A stretch of 64,000 bases of DNA, taken from positions 664,359 to 728,358 of the forward strand of contig CAWDSS010000010.1 of the NCBI GenBank assembly GCA_963805065.1, written 5' to 3'. The translations under genes and the position numbers were made by a program. Within the stretch, counting starts at the first letter, position 1. Every line of letters starts with the position of its first letter. This document shows, piece after piece, positions 21,133-29,756 of this stretch. Source of the DNA: Candidatus Omnitrophota bacterium (lineage in GTDB: Bacteria > Omnitrophota > Gorgyraeia > Gygaellales > Profunditerraquicolaceae). Below the pieces are notes generated by a model. That model had not been told where the DNA came from and searched no databases. It worked only from the letters and a program-made list of their open reading frames with translations.

Positions 21133-22862
21133 ATGGATTTAAATACTTTAAGACATTCTTGTTCACATGTAATGGCAGAAGCGGTAAAAGAGCTTTGGCC
21201 TGAGGTTAAATTAGGCATCGGTCCCTCCATTGAAGACGGCTTTTATTATGATTTTGATAAGAAAGAGCCGTTTACCGACGATGGATTTGGCCAGCATTGA
21301 AAAGAAGATGGCCGAGATTATTGCCAAGAATTCGAACCATTTATCAGGGAAGAGCTTGTCTAAAAAGGAAGCGACAGAGTTGTTTAAGAAACTAAAAGAA
21401 GATTATAAGATAGAGCTTATTCACGCAGATTCCCGATGAAAAAGTTTCTATTTATAAAACCGGTGATAAGTTTTTGGATTTATGCCGCGGCCCGCATATA
21501 AAATCTACTGGAGAGATAAAAGCCTTTAAATTGCTTATCGGTTGCCGGGGCCTATTGGCATGGCATAGAAACTAACCCCATGCTGCAGCGAATTTACGGC
21601 ACTTGTTTTGAAACCCAGCAAAGAACTAGAGGAGTATTTAAAAAATCTGGAAGAGGCAAAGAAGCGCGACCATAGAAAATTCGGCCCGGCATTAGAGTTT
21701 TTTGATATATATCATGAAGAGGCCGGCGCAGGCTTAGTATTTTATCATCCCAAGGGAGCGCTGTTGCGCACGATCATCGAGGACTATGAAAAAAAAGAAC
21801 ATCTTAAAGCGCGGTTATCAAATGGTAATCACTCCGCATATTATGCAGGCTGAACTTTGGAAGACCTCCGGGCACTATGATTACTACAAAGAGAATATGT
21901 ACACCCTTAAAATCGATGAGAAAGAGTATGTATTAAAGCCGATGAATTGCCCCGGCCACATCCTTGATTTATAAATCCAAAACCAGGAGCTATAAAGATT
22001 TACCAATCCGGTTTTTTGAACTAGGCACGGTTTACCGCCATGAAAAAGCAGGAGTATTGCACGGGCTGTTGCGCGTGCGCGGATTTACCCAGGATGATGC
22101 GCATATATTTTGCCTGCCCGAACAATTGCGCGAAGAGATAAAAGCCATTATAGATTTTGTGTTTGATACGATGAAGGTGTTTGGATTTAATGATGTAGGT
22201 ATTGAATTAAGCACGCGGCCGGAGAAATATATCGGCTCAGAAGAGGATTGGCAGAAGGCAACAGAGGCCCTGGAGGAGGCTTTGAAAGAAAAAGGCTTAA
22301 AGTATGATATTAATGTCGGAGAAGGGGCATTTTATGGCCCAAAAATAGATATAAAATTAAAGGATGCCTTAAAGAGATCATGGCAGTGCGCAACTATCCA
22401 GTGCGATTTTGCTTTGCCCAAAAGGTTTGATCTCGCCTATATTGATTCCGACGGCAAAGAAAAACAGCCGATTATGCTGCACCGGGTTTTATTGGGTAGC
22501 CTAGAGCGTTTTATCGGCGCGCTGATTGAGCATTATAATGGAGAACTGCCTTTATGGCTGGCTCCTGCACAGGTTTTGATTATCCCGATAAAGGACTCGG
22601 TTTTGGAATATGCAAAAGAAATAAAGAAGACCTTGAGGAAAATGGTATACGCGTGGAATTGATAACCGCAATGAAACTTTGGATAAAAGAATACGCAATG
22701 CCGAGCTGAATAAGATCCCTTATTTCTTAGTTGTAGGAGAGCGCGAAGCCAAAGCAAGAAATGTCTCGGTAAGAAAAAAAGGCAAAGGCGATTTGGGGGC
22801 AGTTGCCAATAGAGGAATTTATAGAACAGATAAAGCAACAGATCGATAATAAAGCAATATAG
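21133..22862 (+). pseudogene. thrS: threonine--tRNA ligase, frame broken by at least 7 frameshifts
   Basis: Collinear ThrRS fragments occupy different frames. They are 21133-21300 ([17 protein letters not shown]...GFYYDFD), 21230-21439, about 21440-21610, 21608-21853, 21786-21974 and 21964-22662 (class II core). The C-terminal anticodon-binding part runs to the TAG at 22860-22862. The gene starts 6 nt after tRNA-Val and has no TGS domain. Confidence 0.9.
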
Positions 22863-22897
22863 TTATCACGGGTAACTAAAACAAGGAGGTGGTTGCT

Positions 22898-23417
22898 ATA
22901 AAAAAATATATCCGTATTAACGAGAGGATTCGAGTCCCGCAGGTACGGCTGATCGGCCCGGAAGGCGAATCAATTGGGGGTAATGTCCATACAGAAGGCG
23001 CTGGAATTAGCCAATCAACATGAGTTGGACCTGGTGGAAGTTGCGCCCAGCGCCAACCCGCCGGTATGCCGCATCATCGATTTCAGTAAATTTAAATATG
23101 ACCAGGAGAAAAAAGAGCGCGAGGCCAAAAAGCACCAGAAGCAGGGACAATTAAAAGAGATCCGCCTTAAGCCCAATATTGACGAGCATGATTATGCAGA
23201 CCAAAGTTAAACAGGCGATTACTTTCCTCAAAAAGAAAGATAAAGTAAAAATAAATCTCTTCTTCCGGGGCAGGCAGATGGAGCACCTGGACTTAGGCAG
23301 AAAGATTTTAGATAAATTTATTATTGATACGCAAAGTGACGGGCAGGTAGAAAAAGAGCCCGTCCTTAGAAGGCAGGGTGATGTCTTTCGTGGTTGCCCC
23401 AAAATAAGGGAGTGATT
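22898..23417 (+). pseudogene. infC: translation initiation factor IF-3, 3 frameshifts, non-AUG start
   Basis: From ATA at 22898 (8 nt after GGAGG) the translation is IKKYIRINERIRVPQVRLIGPEGE. The frame slips at the G5 run 22976-22980, at about 23195 (GATTATgCAGACC) and at about 23365. The restored reading ends ...EGRVMSFVVAPK with the TAA at 23415-23417. Confidence 0.85.
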
Positions 23418-23419
23418 CA

Positions 23420-23620
23420 ATGCCAAAATTAAAAACAAAAAAAGGAGTAGCTAAGAGATTTAAGTTAACCAAAAAGAAAAAACTGCATTATGTCCCGGGC
23501 GGAAAAAGCCATTTAGCGTCCAGCAAAAAACAAAAAAGGCTAAGGCGCCTGAGGAGACATGCAGTATTACAAAATAAAACAGAGATAAAATATTTTAAGA
23601 GAATGTTACCTTATGGTTAG
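23420..23620 (+). CDS. rpmI: 50S ribosomal protein L35
   Basis: 66 aa starting MPKLKTKKGVAKRFKLTKKKK..., in the infC-rpmI-rplT operon order. Confidence 0.92.
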   Translation: MPKLKTKKGVAKRFKLTKKKKLHYVPGGKSHLASSKKQKRLRRLRRHAVLQNKTEIKYFKRMLPYG

Positions 23621-23643
23621 CATTACAACGAAGGAGTAATGTC

Positions 23644-23994
23644 ATGTCAAAAGTAAAACACAGCGTTGCTACCCGCAGAAGAAAAAAGCGGCTGTTAAAA
23701 AAATCAAAAGGGTTCTGGGGAGACAGGAGTAAACAATACCAACAGGCCAGGCGCGCCCTTATGCATGCCTTGGTGTATGCCTACCGGGACAGGAAAGCCA
23801 AGAAAAGGGAGTTTCGCAGCCTTTGGATTGCGCGCATTAATGCTGCCTGCCGCGAAGCAGGAACTACCTATAGCAAGCTCATGAGCGGGCTTAAAAAAGC
23901 CAAGGTTACTATCGACAGAAAAATTTTAGCAGACCTGGCAGTAAGGGACAACCACGCGTTTAAAAAACTCGTAGATATAGCTAAAGGTAAATGA
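23644..23994 (+). CDS. rplT: 50S ribosomal protein L20
   Basis: 116 aa containing ...RRRKKRLLKKSKGFWGDRSKQYQQARRALMHALVYAYRDRKAKKREFRSLWIARINAA.... Confidence 0.95.
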   Translation: MSKVKHSVATRRRKKRLLKKSKGFWGDRSKQYQQARRALMHALVYAYRDRKAKKREFRSLWIARINAACREAGTTYSKLMSGLKKAKVTIDRKILADLAVRDNHAFKKLVDIAKGK

Positions 23995-25031
23995 TCGGGG
24001 ATATTATGGATATCGAGGCTATTAAAGCGCAAATAGAAGCGGATCTACAAAACGTAAATTCAGCACAAGGACTGGAAGCGTTTAAGCTAAAATACCTGGG
24101 CAGAAAAGGTGTTATTGCGGAACTCACCAGTTCAATTCCCGGACTGCCCCAGGAGCAAAGGGGCGCGTTTGGCAGGCAGGTTAATGAGCTAAAAAATAAT
24201 CTAGCTTGCGTAGTTACAGAGAAAGAGAAATTAATTTCTTCGGCGCCTGTCGAAGCAAGTATTCCTGGTTGCGATATGGGCATGCCTGGAATTGCCCAGG
24301 AGCTTGGGCATCTGCACCCCATTACACAGACTATCGATGAAATCTGCAGTATATTTGACCGCATGGGGTTTTCCATAATCGAGGGGCCGGAAATAGAGAC
24401 AGAATATAATAACTTCACCGGATTAAATATCCCGCTGGAGCATCCCTCAAGAGATGCATTCGATACATTTTATCTTAAATCGAAAAACCTGAACGAAGGC
24501 AAACTATTATTGCGCAGCCACACTTCACCCGTGCAAATCCGCGTAATGAAATCGCATAAGCCTCCTCTGGCGGTAGTTGTCCCGGGAAGGGTTTATCGGC
24601 CGGATGCGGTTGATGCATCGCATTCTTTTATGTTCCATCAGATAGAAGGTTTTATGGTAGATAAGTCCATAAAATTTTCTGATTTAAAAGGAATCCTGGA
24701 GGTTTTTGCCAAAGCAGTGTTTGGTAAAGATATTAAAATGCGCTTTAGACCCCACTTCTTCCCTTTTACAGAGCCCTCGGCAGAAGTGGATATTTCCTGC
24801 ATCATCTGTAAAGGCCAGGGTTGTTCTGTGTGCGGCAGGAAAGGATGGCTGGAGATTTTGGGCTCAGGGATGATTCATCCCAATGTATTTAAACATGTAG
24901 GTTACGACCCTAAGAAATATACGGGATTTGCTTTCGGCATGGGGATTGAAAGAATAGCCATGCTTAAACACGGTATTAATGACATCAGGTTATTTTTTGA
25001 AAACGATTTGAGATTCTTGAAACAATTCTGA
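23991..25031 (+). CDS. pheS: phenylalanine--tRNA ligase alpha subunit
   Basis: 346 aa with class II motifs (...RSHTSPVQIR..., ...FRPHFFPFTEPSAEVD..., GFAFGMGIERIAM). The start shows an ATGA overlap with rplT. The ATG at 24006 is also possible. Confidence 0.95.
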   Translation: MIGDIMDIEAIKAQIEADLQNVNSAQGLEAFKLKYLGRKGVIAELTSSIPGLPQEQRGAFGRQVNELKNNLACVVTEKEKLISSAPVEASIPGCDMGMPGIAQELGHLHPITQTIDEICSIFDRMGFSIIEGPEIETEYNNFTGLNIPLEHPSRDAFDTFYLKSKNLNEGKLLLRSHTSPVQIRVMKSHKPPLAVVVPGRVYRPDAVDASHSFMFHQIEGFMVDKSIKFSDLKGILEVFAKAVFGKDIKMRFRPHFFPFTEPSAEVDISCIICKGQGCSVCGRKGWLEILGSGMIHPNVFKHVGYDPKKYTGFAFGMGIERIAMLKHGINDIRLFFENDLRFLKQF

Positions 25032-25091
25032 GTTAGTTCTCGAGTTCGTGAGCTGTTGAGTTAGCTTAAGAACCCAAGAACCCAAGAACGA

Positions 25092-27131
25092 ATGAAAGTA
25101 ACGTATAACTGGTTAAAAGACTTTGTAGATATTAAAATTTCTCCTCAGGCGCTGGCGGATAAACTAACTATGGCCGGCTTAGAAGTAACTTCCCTGGAAG
25201 AAAAAGCAGGGGACTGCGTTTTTGAAATCGAAATTACTTCCAACAGGCCGGATTGGTTAAGCATAATTGGCATAGCCAGGGAAGTCGCTGCCATTACAGG
25301 TAGAAAATTGAAATTAGGTTCTAGGTTCTCGGTTCTAGGTTCTAGGAAGTACAGAGCAGCAAAGACCGGACAGATAAATATTATTATCGAAGATAAAAAA
25401 GATTGTCCTTTGTACACCGCTAAAATAATCAAAGATGTAAAGGTGGGCGTCTCGCCTGATTGGCTAAAAAAGCGGCTGGAATTAATCGGCTGCCGCAGCG
25501 TAAACAACATCGTAGATATTACAAATTATATTTTATTTGAGACAGGAGAACCATTGCATGCTTTTGATTTGGATAAATTAAGCCAAGATACAATAATTGT
25601 GCGTAGGGCCAAGCCGAATGAAAGCATAACCACTATTGACGGGGAGTCTAGAAAACTTAGCCCCGATATATTGGTTATTGCAGATAAAATAAAATGCGTG
25701 GCAATAGCTGGAGTTATGGGCGGAAAATATACAGAAGTTTCTACGGCTACAAAAAACGTGCTCTTAGAAGTAGCGGTGTTTAACCCTATAGTGATTCGCA
25801 AAGGGCGCCAGGCAATTGGATTACAAAGCGAATCTGCATACAGGTTTGAAAGAAGCGTAAATCCGGCAACAGTGGAATATGCGTCGAGCAGGGCAGCTGA
25901 ATTAATAAGCAAATTAGCCGGCGGCAAATGCGTTTGTGCAAAAAGTTCAGCCAAATCCGTATCCCAGGTCAGGAAAATTGCTTTATGCACTCCAACAGTC
26001 AACAAAATGCTGGGTATAAATTTATCAGCAGCCCAGATAAGGAGAATTTTAAATAGCCTAAGGTTTAAAACGAAAGGAAGAGCAAAAAACAATTTGTCAG
26101 TTGAAATTCCCTCGCATAGGCAGGACGTCAATTTAGAGATAGATTTAATTGAGGAGCTGGCACGCATATATGGGTTTGAAAATATCCCCAAAACATTGCC
26201 CGTGGTTACGCCAAGCCTAAGCAAAGACAAAACACAGGATTTAGTCAGCATCTCGAAAAATATTCTTAGGGGTTTGGGTTTAAATGAGGCGATTACCTAT
26301 AGCCTCATTGATAAAGAGTTGTTAAAAAAGTTTAGCTTAGGTACGCAAGAGTCGGTAATAGAAATTATGAATCCACTAAGCGAGGAACAGGAAATTCTCA
26401 GGCCAACGCTTATCCCCAGTTTAGTGCGCTGCGTTGCCGTAAACCTCAACCAAAAACAGGAATTCGTTAATATATTTGAAATGGCCAAGACATTTTCTCA
26501 CAATCAGCATAAAGAAGAACTGAGTTTGGGAATCGCTATGAGCGGCACGCGCCAATTAAGGCTTACGCAGGGCTTGATTAGAGAACAAGTTTGCTTTCTG
26601 CACTTAAAGGGCATATTGCAGGCACTGTTTGAAGGCATAGGCATTAAGAATTATGATTTTATAATAAAAGACAATCCTTCAATGGTAGATGTATGTGTAA
26701 ATAAGCAAAGAGTGGGAGTATTGGTAAACATATCTAAGGATACCCTAAGCAGCCTGGATATAAAAAATAAAGAAGTATTCGCAGCAGAAATTTCACTGGA
26801 AAAGCTTTTCCCAGGTGCCTCTTTACAAAAGAAATTCCTGCCGTTGCCAAAATATCCCGGGATTGCCAGGGATATAAGCCTTATCCTTAAGGACGATTAT
26901 GCCCTAAAAGATTTATTAACTGCAATAGAAGAAAAGGGAAAGCCTTTGTTAAGCAGCGTTAAGATCGTGGATTATTATTCAGGCAAGCAAATACCGGCGG
27001 GATACAGGGGCATGACTTTGTCTTGTTTTTACCGTTCTAATGAGCGCACCCTGACCGATGCAGAAATTAACCCCTTGCAGGCAATGATTTGCGAACTGCT
27101 ACAGCAGAAATTCGGCGCTAAGATCCGATAA
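25092..27131 (+). CDS. pheT: phenylalanine--tRNA ligase beta subunit
   Basis: 679 aa starting MKVTYNWLKDFVD..., with B3/4, B5 and FDX-ACB-like regions. It contains an in-frame (GGTTCTN)x4 heptamer array at 25317-25346. Confidence 0.95.
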   Translation: MKVTYNWLKDFVDIKISPQALADKLTMAGLEVTSLEEKAGDCVFEIEITSNRPDWLSIIGIAREVAAITGRKLKLGSRFSVLGSRKYRAAKTGQINIIIEDKKDCPLYTAKIIKDVKVGVSPDWLKKRLELIGCRSVNNIVDITNYILFETGEPLHAFDLDKLSQDTIIVRRAKPNESITTIDGESRKLSPDILVIADKIKCVAIAGVMGGKYTEVSTATKNVLLEVAVFNPIVIRKGRQAIGLQSESAYRFERSVNPATVEYASSRAAELISKLAGGKCVCAKSSAKSVSQVRKIALCTPTVNKMLGINLSAAQIRRILNSLRFKTKGRAKNNLSVEIPSHRQDVNLEIDLIEELARIYGFENIPKTLPVVTPSLSKDKTQDLVSISKNILRGLGLNEAITYSLIDKELLKKFSLGTQESVIEIMNPLSEEQEILRPTLIPSLVRCVAVNLNQKQEFVNIFEMAKTFSHNQHKEELSLGIAMSGTRQLRLTQGLIREQVCFLHLKGILQALFEGIGIKNYDFIIKDNPSMVDVCVNKQRVGVLVNISKDTLSSLDIKNKEVFAAEISLEKLFPGASLQKKFLPLPKYPGIARDISLILKDDYALKDLLTAIEEKGKPLLSSVKIVDYYSGKQIPAGYRGMTLSCFYRSNERTLTDAEINPLQAMICELLQQKFGAKIR

Positions 27132-27134
27132 CTG

Positions 27135-27162
27135 TTGACTAAATTATAATATGTGGTATAAT
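27135..27162 (+). promoter_or_regulatory. strong sigma70-like promoter with no ORF downstream
   Basis: TTGACT (27135-27140), 16 nt, TATAAT (27157-27162), directly after the pheT stop. Confidence 0.55.
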
Positions 27163-27169
27163 ATAATTG

Positions 27170-27356
27170 AAAAGGAAAAATAGCTCTTTTAGATTCCCTG
27201 CGGTGCGCGTTGGATATTCGATAATTGTTGAACCAACAGTAATTTAATGGGAACCCACAGATTCTTGGGCGCTTCGGCACTTAAGAGAGGGTACCCACCT
27301 GAAACCAAAACGGTTCAGACTGTCAATCCAACGGCACAATGCGGGGATTTTTTTTG
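27170..27356 (+). ncRNA. ~185-nt rod-like structured RNA, candidate 6S RNA (ssrS)
   Basis: It runs from the promoter above to a U8 tract (27348-27356). The 5' segment 27193-27215 (ATTCCCTGCGGTGCGCGTTGGAT) pairs with 27326-27347 (ATCCAACGGCACAATGCGGGGA). There is internal TGAACC/GGTTCA pairing and an apical hairpin with a UUCG loop (27263-27285). No ORF is present. Confidence 0.4.
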
Positions 27357-27483
27357 TGTAATGTGTAAAGTGTAATGTGTAATGCCAATGTAACGCAAAA
27401 CAAAGTGTAATGGCAAAAAGCATCTCCATTACACAATTAAACATTACACCCACGTTACACATTACACATTAAACGTTACACAG
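27355..27483 (+). repeat. GTGTAAT-word intergenic repeat, copy B
   Basis: Near-identical to 43406-43535. It ends 9 nt before the rarA ATG. Confidence 0.9.
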
Positions 27484-27492
27484 ATAAACAAT

Positions 27493-28836
27493 ATGGATCT
27501 TTTCGAAGAAAAAGAGATAAATCATAAAGATGCCCCCTTGGCTGTGCGCATGCGGCCTGCTAATTTAGATGAATTTGTAGGCCAAAGCCACATCCTGGGT
27601 AAAGGGAAATTGCTGCGCAGGGCCATAGAGGCAGACCGTTTAAGCTCTCTAATTTTGTTTGGGCCGCCGGGAGTCGGGAAAACCTCGCTTGCCTGGTGCA
27701 TTGCCAATGTGACCAAGTCTAATTATGTGGGGATAAATGCCACTACCTCAAACGTCGAGGAGCTAAGGCGGGTTATTGCCCAGGCTAAACTTAAAAAAAG
27801 TAACACCGGCGATAAAACCATTTTGTTTATTGACGAAATACACAGGTTTAACAAGGCCCAGCAGGATGTGCTTCTTCCGGATATCGAGGAGGGGAATCCT
27901 GTGCTTATCGGGGCTACTGTCCATAACCCGTTTTTCTCTATTGCCTCTCCGCTTTTGTCACGCTCGCTGGTATGCGAATTAAAAGCCTTAAAAGATAACG
28001 AGATACTTTTGATATTAAGCGCTGCTTTAAAGGATAAAACCAGGGGTTTAGGCAATTACAAAGTCAGGATGGATAAAAAAGCACTATCCTTTTTAGCTAA
28101 GACCTGCGAGGGAGATGCCCGACGTGCACTTAACGCCCTGGAGGTAGGGACGCTTACCACTCCTAAATCAAAAGACGGCTTTATAGACTTTTCTTTAGAA
28201 GTTGCCAGCGAATCAATTCAGAAAAAAGCCATAGTTTATGACCAGGATGAGGATGCGCATTATGATACTGCCTCGGCTTTTATAAAATCCATGCGCGGCT
28301 CTGACCCTGATGCAGCTTTATACTGGATGGCGAAAATGCTTTATGCCGGGGAGGACCCGCGTTTCATTGCCAGGCGCATATGCATTCTGGCTGCAGAAGA
28401 TGTAGGTAATGCCGATCCTCTTGCGCTTGTCCTGGCAAACGCTGCGTTACAAATTTCTGAATTTGTCGGCATGCCTGAGGCCAGGATTCCCCTGGCACAG
28501 GCGGTTATTTATGTTTCCTGTGCCCCGAAGTCAAACGCATCTTACCTGGCAATTGATAAGGCATATCAGGATATAGAACAAGACAGGGCTCAGGAAGTTC
28601 CCGACCATCTTAAAGACGCCCATTATCAGGGAGCGGAAAAATTAGGCCGGGGCATAGGTTATAAATATGCCCATGATTACGAAGGCCATTACGTAAAACA
28701 AAAGTATACCAAAAAAATTGTTAAATATTACGAGCCGACTGATATAGGCTATGAGGCGAAAATCAAGGCACGGCTGGAGAAATTGCGGCAAAGCAAGAAT
28801 CCAGAAAGTGTCGAGGATGTAAAGGAGGGCACATAA
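27493..28836 (+). CDS. rarA: replication-associated recombination protein A (MgsA/RarA AAA+ ATPase)
   Basis: 447 aa with Walker A GPPGVGKTS, Walker B FIDEIHRFNK and the MgsA C-terminal domain (...YDQDEDAHYDTASAFIKSMRGSDPDAALYW...). Confidence 0.92.
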   Translation: MDLFEEKEINHKDAPLAVRMRPANLDEFVGQSHILGKGKLLRRAIEADRLSSLILFGPPGVGKTSLAWCIANVTKSNYVGINATTSNVEELRRVIAQAKLKKSNTGDKTILFIDEIHRFNKAQQDVLLPDIEEGNPVLIGATVHNPFFSIASPLLSRSLVCELKALKDNEILLILSAALKDKTRGLGNYKVRMDKKALSFLAKTCEGDARRALNALEVGTLTTPKSKDGFIDFSLEVASESIQKKAIVYDQDEDAHYDTASAFIKSMRGSDPDAALYWMAKMLYAGEDPRFIARRICILAAEDVGNADPLALVLANAALQISEFVGMPEARIPLAQAVIYVSCAPKSNASYLAIDKAYQDIEQDRAQEVPDHLKDAHYQGAEKLGRGIGYKYAHDYEGHYVKQKYTKKIVKYYEPTDIGYEAKIKARLEKLRQSKNPESVEDVKEGT

Positions 28837-29246
28837 TGCAAAAATTAAAAATATTTTTCTGGGCGCTTGCCTCGATTTTAATAGTTTCTGTGGCGGTATT
28901 GGCTCAAGAAACGCAAGATGATTCCGGATATGCTGCGGGAACCATGACCACTCAGGAGGTTACTTCCGGAAAAAGTAACGTAGAAGTAGCTCCGGGAATG
29001 GGAGTGACAAAAATGGGGGCCGTAAGCATAGTTGGCCCAAAGGATATAAAAGTGCAAAAACAAGAAGGAAGGGTGATCTCAGAAGACCCCGCAGCATATA
29101 TGGGGAGAAAATTTGAGGCAATAGAAAGCCGGCTGGATAAAATTGAGCAGCAGCAAGAGGAGCTTAAGAAGGAGCTTGAGCAATTAAAACCTAAACCCCA
29201 GAATGCTAAACCTCAAGATAACTTAAAAGAAGGAGGAGCCAAATGA
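28836..29246 (+). CDS. secreted protein with C-terminal coiled coil (unknown function)
   Basis: 136 aa with signal peptide MQKLKIFFWALASILIVSVAVLA/QE and C-terminal IESRLDKIEQQQEELKKELEQLK. The start overlaps the rarA stop. Confidence 0.6.
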   Translation: MQKLKIFFWALASILIVSVAVLAQETQDDSGYAAGTMTTQEVTSGKSNVEVAPGMGVTKMGAVSIVGPKDIKVQKQEGRVISEDPAAYMGRKFEAIESRLDKIEQQQEELKKELEQLKPKPQNAKPQDNLKEGGAK

Positions 29247-29743
29247 ATAGAAAGTTAATGATTGCTGTATCAACTGCCATTGCTTTATTGGCTGTAGGTT
29301 GCCAGGCCAGCCAAAATAGGGCAGTTGAAGGAGGCATAATCGGCGGATTATTAGGCGGGGCAGCAGGAGGAATTATTGGCCACCAGAGCGGTCATGGCGG
29401 AGAAGGGGCTGCTATTGGAGTGGCAGCAGGCGCTGTTACAGGAGCTATCGTAGGCAGCCAAATACCTAAACAAGGACAACCTCAACCAGTAACTACAACC
29501 AGCGCTACTACCAGTGCCCCTACGGCAACGCCTCAAACAATCCAGGCAAATCAGGCTGCCAACCCCAATCAGATGAGCCTGCAGCAAATCCTAGATTTTA
29601 CCAAGCAAGGGGTTAATGAAAACGTGATTGTGGATAAAATCAGGCTTACCAATTCAAAGTTCAATTTAAGCCCCAGCGATGTTGATTCCCTGAAGCAGCA
29701 AGGCGTAAGTCAAAAGGTGATTGACGCTATGCAGGGAAAATAG
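29243..29743 (+). CDS. glycine-zipper lipoprotein
   Basis: 166 aa with lipobox LLAVGC and the glycine zipper [18 protein letters not shown]...[13 protein letters not shown]. It also has a T/P/Q-rich linker and a small C-terminal repeat domain. ATGA overlap with the upstream gene. Confidence 0.65.
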   Translation: MNRKLMIAVSTAIALLAVGCQASQNRAVEGGIIGGLLGGAAGGIIGHQSGHGGEGAAIGVAAGAVTGAIVGSQIPKQGQPQPVTTTSATTSAPTATPQTIQANQAANPNQMSLQQILDFTKQGVNENVIVDKIRLTNSKFNLSPSDVDSLKQQGVSQKVIDAMQGK

Positions 29744-29756
29744 GAAGGAAACCTTA

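Noticed and set aside
19713-21300. ORFs 19713-19985 (-), 20833-21015 (+) and 21082-21300 (+), which start or run inside tRNA genes.
   Set aside because: Their N-terminal peptides are direct translations of tRNA-Cys, tRNA-Leu and tRNA-Val sequence (for example MEATSGFEPLNSS, ...[10 protein letters not shown]). The real thrS start is the ATG at 21133.
21280-23400. Programmed ribosomal frameshifting (prfB-like) as the explanation for the thrS/infC and gyrase frame breaks.
   Set aside because: There are too many shifts per gene, in both directions, and none has a slippery heptamer or upstream SD-like stimulator. Several sit in plain homopolymers.
27244-27462. A small protein that looks 'conserved', with N-terminus MCNVGVMFNCVM shared by ORFs 27244-27462 and 43184-43513.
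   Set aside because: Both are simply translations of the GTGTAAT repeat on the non-transcribed strand. The similarity stops where the repeat stops.
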